64,000 nucleotides of DNA, taken from IMG/VR virus record IMGVR_UViG_3300031760_000051, positions 2,963-66,962 of that record. The stretch is one strand, 5' to 3'. This document shows positions 8,051 to 17,765 of this stretch, piece by piece. The notes below the pieces were generated by a model. That model worked only from the letters and a program-made list of their open reading frames with translations, ran no database searches and was not told the origin of the DNA. Numbering within the stretch: position 1 is the first letter of the stretch; the number at the start of each line of letters is the position of its first letter. A program made the translations under genes and the position numbers. This stretch comes from a virus.

Positions 8051-8412
8051 TCTTCCTCCTCCTTATACATATCTTTAAACTCACCTACAAGATCATCAGG
8101 ATCCCCGAGTCTGTATGCACCTCCAAAAACATTAGTCCTTTCACCAGCTTTAATAAACCCATTAACCGCATCCTCTTTTGAGTTAAAAGGCCCACATGAT
8201 AACATATCATAAGTTCCAGCATATCCCTCGTCATAGAAAGAAATCCTGTTCTTGAAGAATCTCTTGATAACTTCTGCTTCCTCTTCCGACAGTAACACCA
8301 TATCCGCGCAAGTACCTTCGGCATTGCCTTCAAAAATATACCACCTATAACCCATAGCTATCTTTGTAGCCTCATCGTCATTTTTATTTGGTAAACTTAC
8401 TGCTGTATTCAT
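8047..8412 (-). CDS. Hypothetical protein, paralog family A
   Basis: RWYIFEGNAEG...FYDEGYAGTY. Confidence 0.75.
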   Translation of the reverse strand: MNTAVSLPNKNDDEATKIAMGYRWYIFEGNAEGTCADMVLLSEEEAEVIKRFFKNRISFYDEGYAGTYDMLSCGPFNSKEDAVNGFIKAGERTNVFGGAYRLGDPDDLVGEFKDMYKEEEE

Positions 8413-8429
8413 ATTATAACCTCCAAAAC

Positions 8430-8468
8430 AGAACAGCCCCTGACTGTATTTCGAATCAGGGACCGTCT
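8430..8468 (-). terminator. Cassette-end hairpin
   Basis: CCCTGA...TCAGGG core with G.U-extended stem. Confidence 0.55.
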
Positions 8469-8475
8469 CCTTAAA

Positions 8476-8775
8476 TTATGGTTTTGATAATGTTAATAAC
8501 CTCTGTAACTGGAATAAATATTTTGGGTTTCTCATATTGTAACAAACTGCTTTGAATTCTTCGTTTTCGTTCACTATAGCTATCTTGCCATCAGATATCA
8601 TGTGTAAACCGAAAGATATTTTTTCAACCCCATCTTCATTGTCGTTGAGTTTGTAAATATCTCTAAGCACTTTACCACTTTGAATATCATAATGGCAGTC
8701 TAAGTAAATTGAATCGAACATCCAATCAATTTTTACACTTACGCCATAATATTCTTTTCCAAATAAAGTTACCAT
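8476..8775 (-). CDS. Hypothetical protein
   Basis: Start revised to MVTLFG after GGAGGTG; AT-rich cassette gene. Confidence 0.7.
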   Translation of the reverse strand: MVTLFGKEYYGVSVKIDWMFDSIYLDCHYDIQSGKVLRDIYKLNDNEDGVEKISFGLHMISDGKIAIVNENEEFKAVCYNMRNPKYLFQLQRLLTLSKP

Positions 8776-8787
8776 AGTTATCACCTC

Positions 8788-8813
8788 CATTAAAGAAGAT
8801 GAAAACTCCACGA
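8788..8813 (-). promoter_or_regulatory. Phage promoter-like motif copy 7
   Basis: TCGTGGAGTTTTCATCTTCTTTAATG then GAGG. Confidence 0.75.
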
Positions 8814-8814
8814 A

Positions 8815-9891
8815 TCACTCAATCGAATCCTCACCACAAGGGATGCCATTCAGCTTAGCCTTGGCGAGTTCTTCTTCCGTCCTTTCCCTCGAGATTTTTG
8901 AGACTTCTTCCGAGAACTTCCTGTTGAGTTCTGCTTTGAATTTCGTTTCCTCTGTGCTGATAATGTACTTAATATATCTTTCAAATCCTGTTCTGCCATG
9001 ATCGTCCTCCTTGTTTTTAAGTTTTTCAAGTCTAGCATTCTCCTCTTTAAGCTCTTTGATAAACGATTCGTTCTGGTTCTTCGCATCAGCAAGGTCACCG
9101 TCTAACTTATCAATCTCTTCCTGAGCCGCTACGTACTTATTTCTCCAATAGCCAATGTTTTCCCTTAAACCTTCTACAAGTTTTTCATGGGCTGCTTCTT
9201 CATGCTTCCATTTCTCATTAAGCTCACCGAGAAGATTTATGATTGCCTCATTACTGGTGTTGATAGACTCATTCTTCTCCATGATCTTCTCAGTAAGTCT
9301 AGCATTCTCTGCCTCATGAGCTTCAATTTCTTTCTCCTGATTGTTCTTCACAGTGATAAGACGGTAGTTTTCTTTAGTCTTTATTTCAATAGTTTTATTG
9401 ATAGCATTAAGATTTTCTCTCTGTCTTTCAACTTTTTCTTCGAGTTTCTTGATTGTGTTCGACTGTTCTATGATAGTCTTTGAATGGCTTCCTGCAGTTT
9501 CGAACCAAGTATCGCGGGACTTTGTTATTTCTTCGTATTCTTTCTCGAGTTCATCAACCTTGTTCTCGTAAGTCTTGCAAATATCATTGTGGGTTTCGAT
9601 GGTAATGTACCTATTTGCCATTTCTTCCCTAAGATCGTTGAAAGCTTTTTTACGTCCTTCGATCTCTTTTTCGAGTTTCTCTATAATAGCATCCCTGTCA
9701 GCAATATCTTTATTGAGTGCTGACGTATAAACTTTATGTCTCTCAATAATATCAGCAATTCTCTCAGCACTATCATTGCAGATATCAACGAGACGATTAT
9801 ACTTTTCAACCATCTCAACTGCCATGTCGTACATTTCTTCCTTGCTCTTTGACATAAACTCTGTTACGCTTACCTGATTCATTTTTTCCAT
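8815..9891 (-). CDS. Long coiled-coil protein
   Basis: E/K-rich heptads over about 300 aa. Confidence 0.8.
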   Translation of the reverse strand: MEKMNQVSVTEFMSKSKEEMYDMAVEMVEKYNRLVDICNDSAERIADIIERHKVYTSALNKDIADRDAIIEKLEKEIEGRKKAFNDLREEMANRYITIETHNDICKTYENKVDELEKEYEEITKSRDTWFETAGSHSKTIIEQSNTIKKLEEKVERQRENLNAINKTIEIKTKENYRLITVKNNQEKEIEAHEAENARLTEKIMEKNESINTSNEAIINLLGELNEKWKHEEAAHEKLVEGLRENIGYWRNKYVAAQEEIDKLDGDLADAKNQNESFIKELKEENARLEKLKNKEDDHGRTGFERYIKYIISTEETKFKAELNRKFSEEVSKISRERTEEELAKAKLNGIPCGEDSIE

Positions 9892-9937
9892 AATTAACCT
9901 CCTGTTTCGTACCTCAACTTAGTCTCATTTAATTCAA

Positions 9938-11107
9938 CTAGAAATATCTCGTAGCAAATTTGCCTTCGTTAAACTTCTTTTTATTATTTAGTGCCGCTTT
10001 AATACTCATATCAATATTAGAACTAGATATAAAGTGATAATAATATAAGTCTTTGTATCTTGTGTTCATTCTATCAATGCGTCCTCTTGCTTGTTCTAAT
10101 ACTTTATAACTATAATTTTGTGAATAGAATATAATAGTATTAGTCTCAACACAGTTCCAGCCTTCACATCCAGCTGTATACTGCACTAAATATACCCACC
10201 TTTTAGTTTTAGGAATAGGTTCGTGGGCATGACCATTCCATTCTGCTATTTTTGTGCCTTTAATATATCCTAAACTCTTTAATATTTCTAATTCATAATC
10301 AAAGTTATAGAATATTATTGCTTTCTCCACATTATCAAGAATATCAAGTAACTTAGTCTGTCTTGAATCATCCTCATTTACAATCCTTCTAAGAACATAG
10401 CAGAGTGAAGACGCCTGTTGAATAGGTTCATCCTTGTAAATATCCCATCGTTTCTTCATGACATTCTTGTACATAATCTTATCAAAAGAACAGTTTATCC
10501 ATTCTTCATGTCTTACTGTGTATCTCTCAATGTTAATAGGTATAAGAATATCATTACGAAGTCTTACAAGTTTATTGACTCCAACCCATCTATCAATCTT
10601 AGGAAATGTACAATAAGGACAATATACTGCATGTTCCTGCATAAACTCCGTTCTGTTCTTGTAAAAACCATTAGCAATAAATATAGGAATATACTGGTCC
10701 CAAGAATCTCCTGGTGTGGCAGAAAGTACAATCCATTTATTTTTCCTTGCTATTTTTAGGAATGTCTTTACCCACTTGCCGTTACCCGTAATACGGTCTT
10801 CGTCAAATATAAAGAACGCTCCATAAACTTTTGCATACTTCTGAATATTATTCCAAGAGTCTATTACTACATTGCTTCCATCAGCTTTGAACCCAAAAGG
10901 CAGTCCCTCTTCGATCCATTCTTTCTTATCTCTTTTCGCTGCTGTAGTAATAATATATAATTCTCTTCTATCAGTACGATAATACCAATAATATAAGGAG
11001 GTGCGAGACTTGCCACTTCCCACACCCCCGTTAAGTATGCAACCGTTTTTCATTTTGTCGACAGCTTCCAACTGCTCAGGCCTTAGAATTTTTGGTTGCT
11101 CTTTCAT
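9938..11107 (-). CDS. Superfamily 2 (SNF2/DEAD-like) DNA helicase
   Basis: GVGSGKS Walker A, FIFDED, LSATPG, EGWN, QARGRIDR. Confidence 0.9.
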   Translation of the reverse strand: MKEQPKILRPEQLEAVDKMKNGCILNGGVGSGKSRTSLYYWYYRTDRRELYIITTAAKRDKKEWIEEGLPFGFKADGSNVVIDSWNNIQKYAKVYGAFFIFDEDRITGNGKWVKTFLKIARKNKWIVLSATPGDSWDQYIPIFIANGFYKNRTEFMQEHAVYCPYCTFPKIDRWVGVNKLVRLRNDILIPINIERYTVRHEEWINCSFDKIMYKNVMKKRWDIYKDEPIQQASSLCYVLRRIVNEDDSRQTKLLDILDNVEKAIIFYNFDYELEILKSLGYIKGTKIAEWNGHAHEPIPKTKRWVYLVQYTAGCEGWNCVETNTIIFYSQNYSYKVLEQARGRIDRMNTRYKDLYYYHFISSSNIDMSIKAALNNKKKFNEGKFATRYF

Positions 11108-11279
11108 TATTATAATACTCCTCTAGCTGTTCTACGGTTAAGTCTTTAAGACCATGCACTCCATAGAACGCCATCAGTTTAAGTAATTCCCTACCGTCAT
11201 AATAATCTCTAGGATCGACAGCAAGGTTTTTTATCTTGCGTATGAGCTCGTCTTTTTCACTCATTTCGATCCTATCCAT
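11076..11279 (-). CDS. Hypothetical protein
   Basis: Start revised to MDRIEM after AAGGAGG. Confidence 0.6.
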   Translation of the reverse strand: MDRIEMSEKDELIRKIKNLAVDPRDYYDGRELLKLMAFYGVHGLKDLTVEQLEEYYNNERATKNSKA

Positions 11280-11451
11280 TTGCGTTCGAATCCTCCTTTG
11301 GCTCAAACTTTACTGGCTTATGGGACCAGAGATTTACCGGTTCAGCAATACACTCAAAACAAGGTTCTTCCTGCTCACTCTTGTCTGCATGTATACATTT
11401 GCTACAGTAATCTCCAAATATAACCTCTTTGTAGTCGTTTACTATTGCCAT
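11272..11451 (-). CDS. 59-aa CxxC...CxxC zinc-finger protein (not in ORF track)
   Basis: MAIVNDYKEVIFGDYCSKCIHADKSEQEEPCFECIAEPVNLWSHKPVKFEPKEDSNANG after AAGGAGG. Confidence 0.75.
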   Translation of the reverse strand: MAIVNDYKEVIFGDYCSKCIHADKSEQEEPCFECIAEPVNLWSHKPVKFEPKEDSNANG

Positions 11452-11454
11452 TAA

Positions 11455-11784
11455 TTATTCCTCCTTCACGACTCCTTCAACTTCTTCCACTTCTACGTTT
11501 ATTGGTTCCTTTTTAGCCTTGGCCTCTTTGAATTCTTTTATCTTTTCCTCGACCTTATCCTTACCGAATTTGTAAGCAATCACTCCTGTGGCACCAAGAA
11601 TAATAGCTATCAGTATACCCTGCTTACGGCCTCTACGAATAATGTCCTTGTACTGCTTACCGTAGATCTTCATAGCTTCCTGATAACCGAGTTCCTTGCC
11701 CTCTTCGAGAATGAATTCGATCGCCTGTTCAACAACTTCCTTGTCTACTTTCTTTGCTACTTCCTTTGTTACTTCTTCGTTCAT
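11455..11784 (-). CDS. Membrane-anchored acidic protein (similar to 20455..20886)
   Basis: Single TM then KKEPINVEVEEVE; start revised to MNEEVT. Confidence 0.7.
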   Translation of the reverse strand: MNEEVTKEVAKKVDKEVVEQAIEFILEEGKELGYQEAMKIYGKQYKDIIRRGRKQGILIAIILGATGVIAYKFGKDKVEEKIKEFKEAKAKKEPINVEVEEVEGVVKEE

Positions 11785-11834
11785 TTTAATAACCTCCATA
11801 AATAAATTAAAAATATATAAAGAAGAAAGCTCAA

Positions 11835-11862
11835 GAGGACTTGAACCTAAATCCAAATCCTC
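11835..11862 (-). terminator. Cassette-end hairpin
   Basis: GAGGAUUUGGAU-UUAG-GUUCAAGUCCUC on the minus strand. Confidence 0.6.
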
Positions 11863-11870
11863 GTGGTCAA

Positions 11871-12092
11871 TTAAGCCTCCTTCTTTTTGTCGTCATTGTT
11901 AGTCCTTATGTCCCATTTCTTTCCCTTGATTCCTTTTGCTTCCTTGTCAATTTTCTTGTCACTCTTTTTTGTAAGTTTATCAATAATTACGGTTGTTATA
12001 CCGCATACTAATGATAATATACAAATCGTAGTTACCACTAAAATTGCAATTACACAATAGGTTTCAACTAAATGAATCAGTTCATAATTCAT
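11871..12092 (-). CDS. Small membrane protein
   Basis: N-terminal TM, Lys-rich tail; cassette gene. Confidence 0.7.
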   Translation of the reverse strand: MNYELIHLVETYCVIAILVVTTICILSLVCGITTVIIDKLTKKSDKKIDKEAKGIKGKKWDIRTNNDDKKKEA

Positions 12093-12130
12093 ACAAATTC
12101 CTCCTTCAAGAAATCGTGTCCAATTGTTTC

Positions 12131-12156
12131 CATTAAAGGAGGTGATTTATACGCGA
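12131..12156 (-). promoter_or_regulatory. Phage promoter-like motif copy 8
   Basis: TCGCGTATAAATCACCTCCTTTAATG. Confidence 0.8.
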
Positions 12157-12157
12157 A

Positions 12158-12649
12158 TTAGAATCTCTCCTCTTCGTCTGTGAACCTAGTACTTCTTGAC
12201 TTGCGATATGCACATGCACCGTCAAGATAAGCTGTTCTACCGGTCTTACCCGAAACGTCCCAATCGTAAGGTCTTATGTCCATATCAAATCTCGAGATGT
12301 AAAGTTCGTCAAGTTCACCGATAGTTTCTTCGTCGAGTCGCATCTTAGGGCCATCGTCAAGCTTCACGAAAACATTTGGACCGTACTGAGTAAACTTGAT
12401 CTTAATCTTGAGAGTCCAGTAGATATCGCCATCCGGACCCGCTTTTTCCTTAACATTCCAACCCCATTCCTTAAGGTCTGCAGCAAGGTCTGGATTCTCG
12501 ATAACCCATTCGAAGTTTCTATCGCCCTCACGATTGAACTTGTCACCTCTACCTTCGAAGTTCTTGAATCTGATTTTTGCGTCATCAACCTGTAAAATGT
12601 TACCTACTACCTTTAACTGTGTTTCATAAATTCTTGCCATTTTAGACAT
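12158..12649 (-). CDS. Single-stranded DNA-binding protein (phage type)
   Basis: IRFKNFEG..KFNREGDRNF...PYDW..GKTGRTAYL, acidic/aromatic C-terminus, next to the polymerase. Confidence 0.7.
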   Translation of the reverse strand: MSKMARIYETQLKVVGNILQVDDAKIRFKNFEGRGDKFNREGDRNFEWVIENPDLAADLKEWGWNVKEKAGPDGDIYWTLKIKIKFTQYGPNVFVKLDDGPKMRLDEETIGELDELYISRFDMDIRPYDWDVSGKTGRTAYLDGACAYRKSRSTRFTDEEERF

Positions 12650-12681
12650 CCTCCTAATGAATATAAAAGTTTAAATATGTA

Positions 12682-12733
12682 AAGTGCAAGAGTCTATGAA
12701 ATCATCCAAATCTTCCATAGACCCCTACGCCTT
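12682..12733 (-). terminator. Cassette-end hairpin
   Basis: GTCTATG...CATAGAC core with G.U-extended stem. Confidence 0.6.
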
Positions 12734-12740
12734 TTCCTAA

Positions 12741-12821
12741 TTATTTTTGGCCAGAATTCGCTGCCCCTTTAGCAACGAAGTATAGACCTAGTGCCACGAG
12801 CACTACTCCTAATAACATCAT
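12741..12821 (-). CDS. 26-aa single-TM peptide (not in ORF track)
   Basis: MMLLGVVLVALGLYFVAKGAANSGQK after AAGGAGG. Confidence 0.6.
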   Translation of the reverse strand: MMLLGVVLVALGLYFVAKGAANSGQK

Positions 12822-12846
12822 TCTAAAGTTTACACCTCCTTTCCGC

Positions 12847-12872
12847 CATTAAAGGACAAGAAAATGGTGCGA
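12847..12872 (-). promoter_or_regulatory. Phage promoter-like motif copy 9
   Basis: TCGCACCATTTTCTTGTCCTTTAATG. Confidence 0.7.
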
Positions 12873-12883
12873 ACTAGTATTTA

Positions 12884-15800
12884 TTAGAATGGGAGTACCT
12901 CGTAGCCTATTTCTTTCGAGTATTCCTCAATGTGATCAAAGTTTTCTGCACAGGACACAAACTCTTCTGCATCCCATCTTTCGAGAAATGGGCAATGAGC
13001 ACAATCCTTACAGCACTTACCCTTTTCGATAGGTGGTACTTTCTTCACAACGAATTCATCATAAGGTACATACTGATTGATCGAGTCTTTTGCTGTGTCT
13101 ACCATCGCTGTCCAATAAGAAATATCAACCATATCCTCGAGTTCGGTGCCTTCCACCATAGCAGTTTCAAGCCATCTGTAACCTGTTGTACCAGCTGCAG
13201 CATTAGCCTTACCATCTGCCATACGATATAAAACACCAGAACCCGTTCCATATTGCATAGGTACGAATGAACTTACTCTACCAACGTATGAATAGTTATG
13301 GTATTTAGTGAGTTCGTCTTTGAGTTCGTCAATTTCAGCTTTAAGCGTGTCATTTGGATCTTTCTTATACTTACTTTCGAGTTTCTTTAACTGCATTTCA
13401 AGATCCGTACGCTTCACTCTATCCACGCCCTCATCAAAGTCTAAATATAAGTCACCCTTACTAACACTAAATGTCTGTGTCTTATCGACAAATGTTATAG
13501 GTTCTTTTGAAAACATTGTCTTAAACACAAATGGTATCTGGAATTCCTTGCCTGTAGCTGTCCACTGTCCGCCATGATCGAAGTTATCACCCGGACAATA
13601 TCCGTACATAGCTTCACAAGATTCTTTAGACGCATATTCAGCAATATAAACAGCGTCATTAACAAGAACCATTTTATCGTAAGTAGCTTCGTGTTCAAAG
13701 TAATATCCGTACCTCTTGCCGAATTCCATTACGAAATTTATCTGTTCCATTGTCGCATTAGGAACTTTGATAGAGTCTGTCTTAATATGAGCAACAGGCC
13801 ATCCTCTTTTGATGAACTCGTGTTTAAGTTCGATCATAAATAATGCGCCACGCTTAGCTACAATATTGTCGACGTTACGCTTATCTCTAAACGGATTATC
13901 AAACTTTGCAGCTGTGAGTCCGTAGACTGAGTTTATTGCTATCTTGAGAGCATTTGCTAAGTCTTTTGAACTCATCTCTCCAGCCTTACACTTTTCAATA
14001 TAAGGTTTGAGTTTACCATCAAGATACTCATCGACAATATCCCAAGCTTTGTGTTTTATGTGTACTCTGCCATATACAATTTCGTGGAACGCCTTCGTAT
14101 ACTTTGGACCGAATATACACTCAGCCATAGCCGAATGAGGATGCATCGACATAACATCGAGTAACGCAGAGTTCTCGTAGTATCCCGGGAATCCCTCTGC
14201 AAATCCTCCTTCGCCTGCTTCTTCTCCAAGATATGTGCTCTTGTAACCCTTGTCAGTCATTTCGAACTTATATCCAGGGAAGTAAGGCAATAGAGATTTA
14301 GCTTCTCCATGAGGTTCAGCCATCATCTCTGGGAATGTTTCTTTGAGGAACGCTATAGTTTCTGGATCAAGGTCTTCTGCGTATACTGGCTTTGATAGAT
14401 CTCTATAGTAGAACTGGCTCTGTGGGTTCTTATCGTTTCCGAATATAAACTTAGTGGTTAACGAATTGGTCGTATCATTTACTGTACCTCCTGCCAAATC
14501 TGCGAGTATCTTTCGTGCTGTGAAGTCTGCAGCTTTATAGTGGAATACTGCCTTTGTCGCTTTTACGTCGTTATGACAATACTCGATAACTTTAGACCAC
14601 AGCTCTTCTGGAACAGGTTTATCCCAAGGAAGACCAAGTTCCAAATGTCTTATGCCCATTTCTATTTCTAACTTCTTAAGACTCTTCTTATCCGAAATGA
14701 AGTCATAAATATCAGTATAAGATAAGTTATAAGCTTCTCCAATAAATCCTGTGCCGTTTGTGATTATCGACTGAGATCTATTGTAAGAATCAAGTACACT
14801 ATCTCCCAAATAACAACCATACACAATATGATTATCGTACTTCCTGTTATTAAACCCAATAAGATTATAACTAAAGAGTCTTTCAATTTGTGATGGTGTA
14901 GGGTTTATAAGGTCGTATACTGTTTCTGTCTCGTCGTCATCGAACATATAGCACACCAATAACAGATTTTGGAATACTTCTATATCGAAATGGACAAGAG
15001 GAGCACCATTAAGTTCCTTATATGCACCAACATCGTCTGACTTCCAATGTATCTTACCAACCATCTTCATGCATAAATCACTCTGATGTGTACTTCTCAT
15101 AGCAAAGTCAAATATATCGTCGTGCATATCCGAAATATCGTAGTGCTTTCCGGACTCATAGAACTCATTCGTGATCTTTACAATGAAATCCATATTCGGT
15201 TTTGTTGAATCATGTATACCTTTGTTAAGTGCTTTATTAATAAGATTACGAAGATGCTGTTCGTCCTCTATATTTTTGTCGTCAATCATTGTATCTTTCT
15301 CCTTTTTTAAAGGCAACCCACTCGAAAGGTGGGCTATTTCAAGATTGACGCACTTTGTTAAAAGCCTCCTTAACGACTGTTTACCTTCGAATACTTTGAT
15401 TTCAACTTTGTCGTCGTATAATGCGCTTAAAGTGGACGGGTCACCATCATAAATATAATGAAGATGTATTCCCTTACCGCTCTTCGAAAGTTCTGCATAT
15501 GTTGCTGGCCATTTTGCTGCGGCTTCAAGATTAAGTTCGAGACTCTTCTTACCGTTCTTAGGATCAGGTATATCAAAGTCTATAACTATATGATTAAGAG
15601 GTACTCGAACATAATGAAGCTGAGTAGTCACGATAGAACTAAGAGTAGTTGTTACATTATCCCAACTCTTTCTTGGCGTACCGTCACTCTTAGCAAGCTG
15701 GGCCGGACAATCAGCACAAACTTTGTTAAATACATTATACTCTGGACTAACATCGTCGAAATCAAGCCAGGATAGTTCTTTAGCTGTCTTAACAATATTC

Positions 15801-17134
15801 TTAGTCTTATCATCGTCTTGTGCAAATACTCTAAACAACCTTTCGTCGAGATCTTGATAGAAGTCTTTTCTTCCGTCCTTTTCTTTCATATAGGTTTTAA
15901 AGTATTTCCTGAACTCGACTTTGAATACTTTCTTGTTGCAGCCATTTTGCATCCTAGCTTCTTCAAGCCATGCTTTATATGTATCCCAAGCTCTCGATAA
16001 ATATATGCCTTCTGGTTTAGCGAATTCATCGTGGTAATCAAGCATGAAGTTAAAGAAGTCGTCAGTTTCTTCTTGGAATGTTATAGGAATATAGTCGTTA
16101 TACTTCTTCTTGTTCTCGAGATATACTTCAAGACAATGTTTAGCAATAGCACCATATTCCGTTTTAACATCCCTCATAACTCTATCGTATGTTTCTTTAT
16201 TTAACTTTCTACCGCTTGGGATTATGTCAACCGCTCTTCTAAGTAATCCACTTTTAGAGTCGGTTATCTTTACTGCTTTGTTAGTTCCTATGAATAACAT
16301 TGCAAGTATTTTATTCTCGTAAAGAGATTTGAACTTCTCGTTTATCTGCATACCCTCATGGGACACGAGAGAATTAAGTCTACAGTTTCCAGTTACTCTC
16401 GATAAGTCTCCATCATGCTCTATACCAACAAGAGGGTTATTCTTAAATGGTTCAAGAGCAAATGCCGAGTTAGTATTAACAAGATCTGCGGAACTGAAAG
16501 ATGTAGTATATCCTTTAAACATATCCCCGATAATATTGAGTATTGTACTCTTACCGGATCCAGGAGAACCATAAAATACGAAGAACTTCTGAACTCTTAC
16601 CGAGTCACCAGATACTACGCATCCTATTGCCCATTCGATCTTGTGTCGGTCTTCCTCATCGTAGAGTGTACTAAGCAATAAATCCCAACAAGGATACATT
16701 TTAGGCGTTACTTCTTCTTCAGGTAAACTGTAAGATAATCTTTTGCTACAATAATCCGCTCGAACACGTGTTGTATTTGCGAATGTTAGTTTACTATCAA
16801 GAGGGACATAATTATCGTCTAACTGCCTCTGCGTGAACTTCTTGAACTTATCTATAGCAACACTGTCACAATCTTTCATGTAATCAATATTGACAGTAGG
16901 ATCTACTTTGTGTTCCTTTCGATAGGTGTTTGTTTCCCTATCAATAATCGAATACGCTCTTGCTAAGGAAGTTGTCCACGCCCCTCTTGATTCATCCCAC
17001 ATCCCATAAAAGTCTCGGCCTTTGATAAGAATATCTTTAACCGGTTCGCCATTTTCGGTGTATGAGATAAACGACGGAGTTACTAGTCTTTTGCCAGACT
17101 TGACTGTGTCTTTTATAACTACAAAATCAAGCAT
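12884..17134 (-). CDS. Fused SF3 helicase / primase-polymerase / family-B-like DNA polymerase
   Basis: GSPGSGKST (SF3 P-loop), VIDFD and SKSGKGIHLHY (PrimPol), FDIE and FNNRKYD (3'-5' exonuclease), DVMSMHP, KIAINSVYG, HIKTDS (PolB-like motifs). Confidence 0.9.
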   Translation of the reverse strand: MLDFVVIKDTVKSGKRLVTPSFISYTENGEPVKDILIKGRDFYGMWDESRGAWTTSLARAYSIIDRETNTYRKEHKVDPTVNIDYMKDCDSVAIDKFKKFTQRQLDDNYVPLDSKLTFANTTRVRADYCSKRLSYSLPEEEVTPKMYPCWDLLLSTLYDEEDRHKIEWAIGCVVSGDSVRVQKFFVFYGSPGSGKSTILNIIGDMFKGYTTSFSSADLVNTNSAFALEPFKNNPLVGIEHDGDLSRVTGNCRLNSLVSHEGMQINEKFKSLYENKILAMLFIGTNKAVKITDSKSGLLRRAVDIIPSGRKLNKETYDRVMRDVKTEYGAIAKHCLEVYLENKKKYNDYIPITFQEETDDFFNFMLDYHDEFAKPEGIYLSRAWDTYKAWLEEARMQNGCNKKVFKVEFRKYFKTYMKEKDGRKDFYQDLDERLFRVFAQDDDKTKNIVKTAKELSWLDFDDVSPEYNVFNKVCADCPAQLAKSDGTPRKSWDNVTTTLSSIVTTQLHYVRVPLNHIVIDFDIPDPKNGKKSLELNLEAAAKWPATYAELSKSGKGIHLHYIYDGDPSTLSALYDDKVEIKVFEGKQSLRRLLTKCVNLEIAHLSSGLPLKKEKDTMIDDKNIEDEQHLRNLINKALNKGIHDSTKPNMDFIVKITNEFYESGKHYDISDMHDDIFDFAMRSTHQSDLCMKMVGKIHWKSDDVGAYKELNGAPLVHFDIEVFQNLLLVCYMFDDDETETVYDLINPTPSQIERLFSYNLIGFNNRKYDNHIVYGCYLGDSVLDSYNRSQSIITNGTGFIGEAYNLSYTDIYDFISDKKSLKKLEIEMGIRHLELGLPWDKPVPEELWSKVIEYCHNDVKATKAVFHYKAADFTARKILADLAGGTVNDTTNSLTTKFIFGNDKNPQSQFYYRDLSKPVYAEDLDPETIAFLKETFPEMMAEPHGEAKSLLPYFPGYKFEMTDKGYKSTYLGEEAGEGGFAEGFPGYYENSALLDVMSMHPHSAMAECIFGPKYTKAFHEIVYGRVHIKHKAWDIVDEYLDGKLKPYIEKCKAGEMSSKDLANALKIAINSVYGLTAAKFDNPFRDKRNVDNIVAKRGALFMIELKHEFIKRGWPVAHIKTDSIKVPNATMEQINFVMEFGKRYGYYFEHEATYDKMVLVNDAVYIAEYASKESCEAMYGYCPGDNFDHGGQWTATGKEFQIPFVFKTMFSKEPITFVDKTQTFSVSKGDLYLDFDEGVDRVKRTDLEMQLKKLESKYKKDPNDTLKAEIDELKDELTKYHNYSYVGRVSSFVPMQYGTGSGVLYRMADGKANAAAGTTGYRWLETAMVEGTELEDMVDISYWTAMVDTAKDSINQYVPYDEFVVKKVPPIEKGKCCKDCAHCPFLERWDAEEFVSCAENFDHIEEYSKEIGYEVLPF

Positions 17135-17150
17135 TGTTTATCTCCTTTTC

Positions 17151-17765
17151 TTAAAAGTTTTCGCTAACCCACCAATTCATCTGATACCATATCTCCTCAT
17201 TTCGTGGGTCTCCTGGTACGGGTTTCTTGAATGTGAACAAACCTCCTTTTCCTGTTTTTGTATATTCTCTTCTCAAGAACTTATCGATAATCATTTTAAC
17301 TTTATGTTCATCGTATACCTCATCGTAGAAATTATATAACCCAAGAGAATATAGCATTTCCTCAAACCATGTTGCGGTTCTGTCACCGTATCGAGTATCC
17401 TGCATTATTTCTACTTCCATTCGATCAGCAAGACCACACATCATTTCGAGAACAGTGCAAGGGCCAGATCTATGAGGATCAATCTTCTTCCTCCAAGATA
17501 AACCGTCCTTATATCTATTCTCGTCAAGAGGTATAATATAAGTGAACTCTCTCGAATGGAGTGCTTCGACCACTCGTGTCCATATCCTAGGTCCTGAGAA
17601 CGGTCCCATCATTCTGTCATAGATCTCATTCAAATAAGGATCTTCAAACCAGTCACGAGCAAGAGCCTTCTTTACGTTTGCTTCGAATATAGGTTTACGA
17701 GTCTTTTCCCAATTTTCGATGAACTCTTTTGGATAATCTTCGAGGTTTCCGTAATCTATCTCCAT
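17151..17765 (-). CDS. Conserved phage hypothetical protein
   Basis: DENRYKDG...CTVLEMM...GKGGLF...EIWYQM. Confidence 0.8.
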   Translation of the reverse strand: MEIDYGNLEDYPKEFIENWEKTRKPIFEANVKKALARDWFEDPYLNEIYDRMMGPFSGPRIWTRVVEALHSREFTYIIPLDENRYKDGLSWRKKIDPHRSGPCTVLEMMCGLADRMEVEIMQDTRYGDRTATWFEEMLYSLGLYNFYDEVYDEHKVKMIIDKFLRREYTKTGKGGLFTFKKPVPGDPRNEEIWYQMNWWVSENF

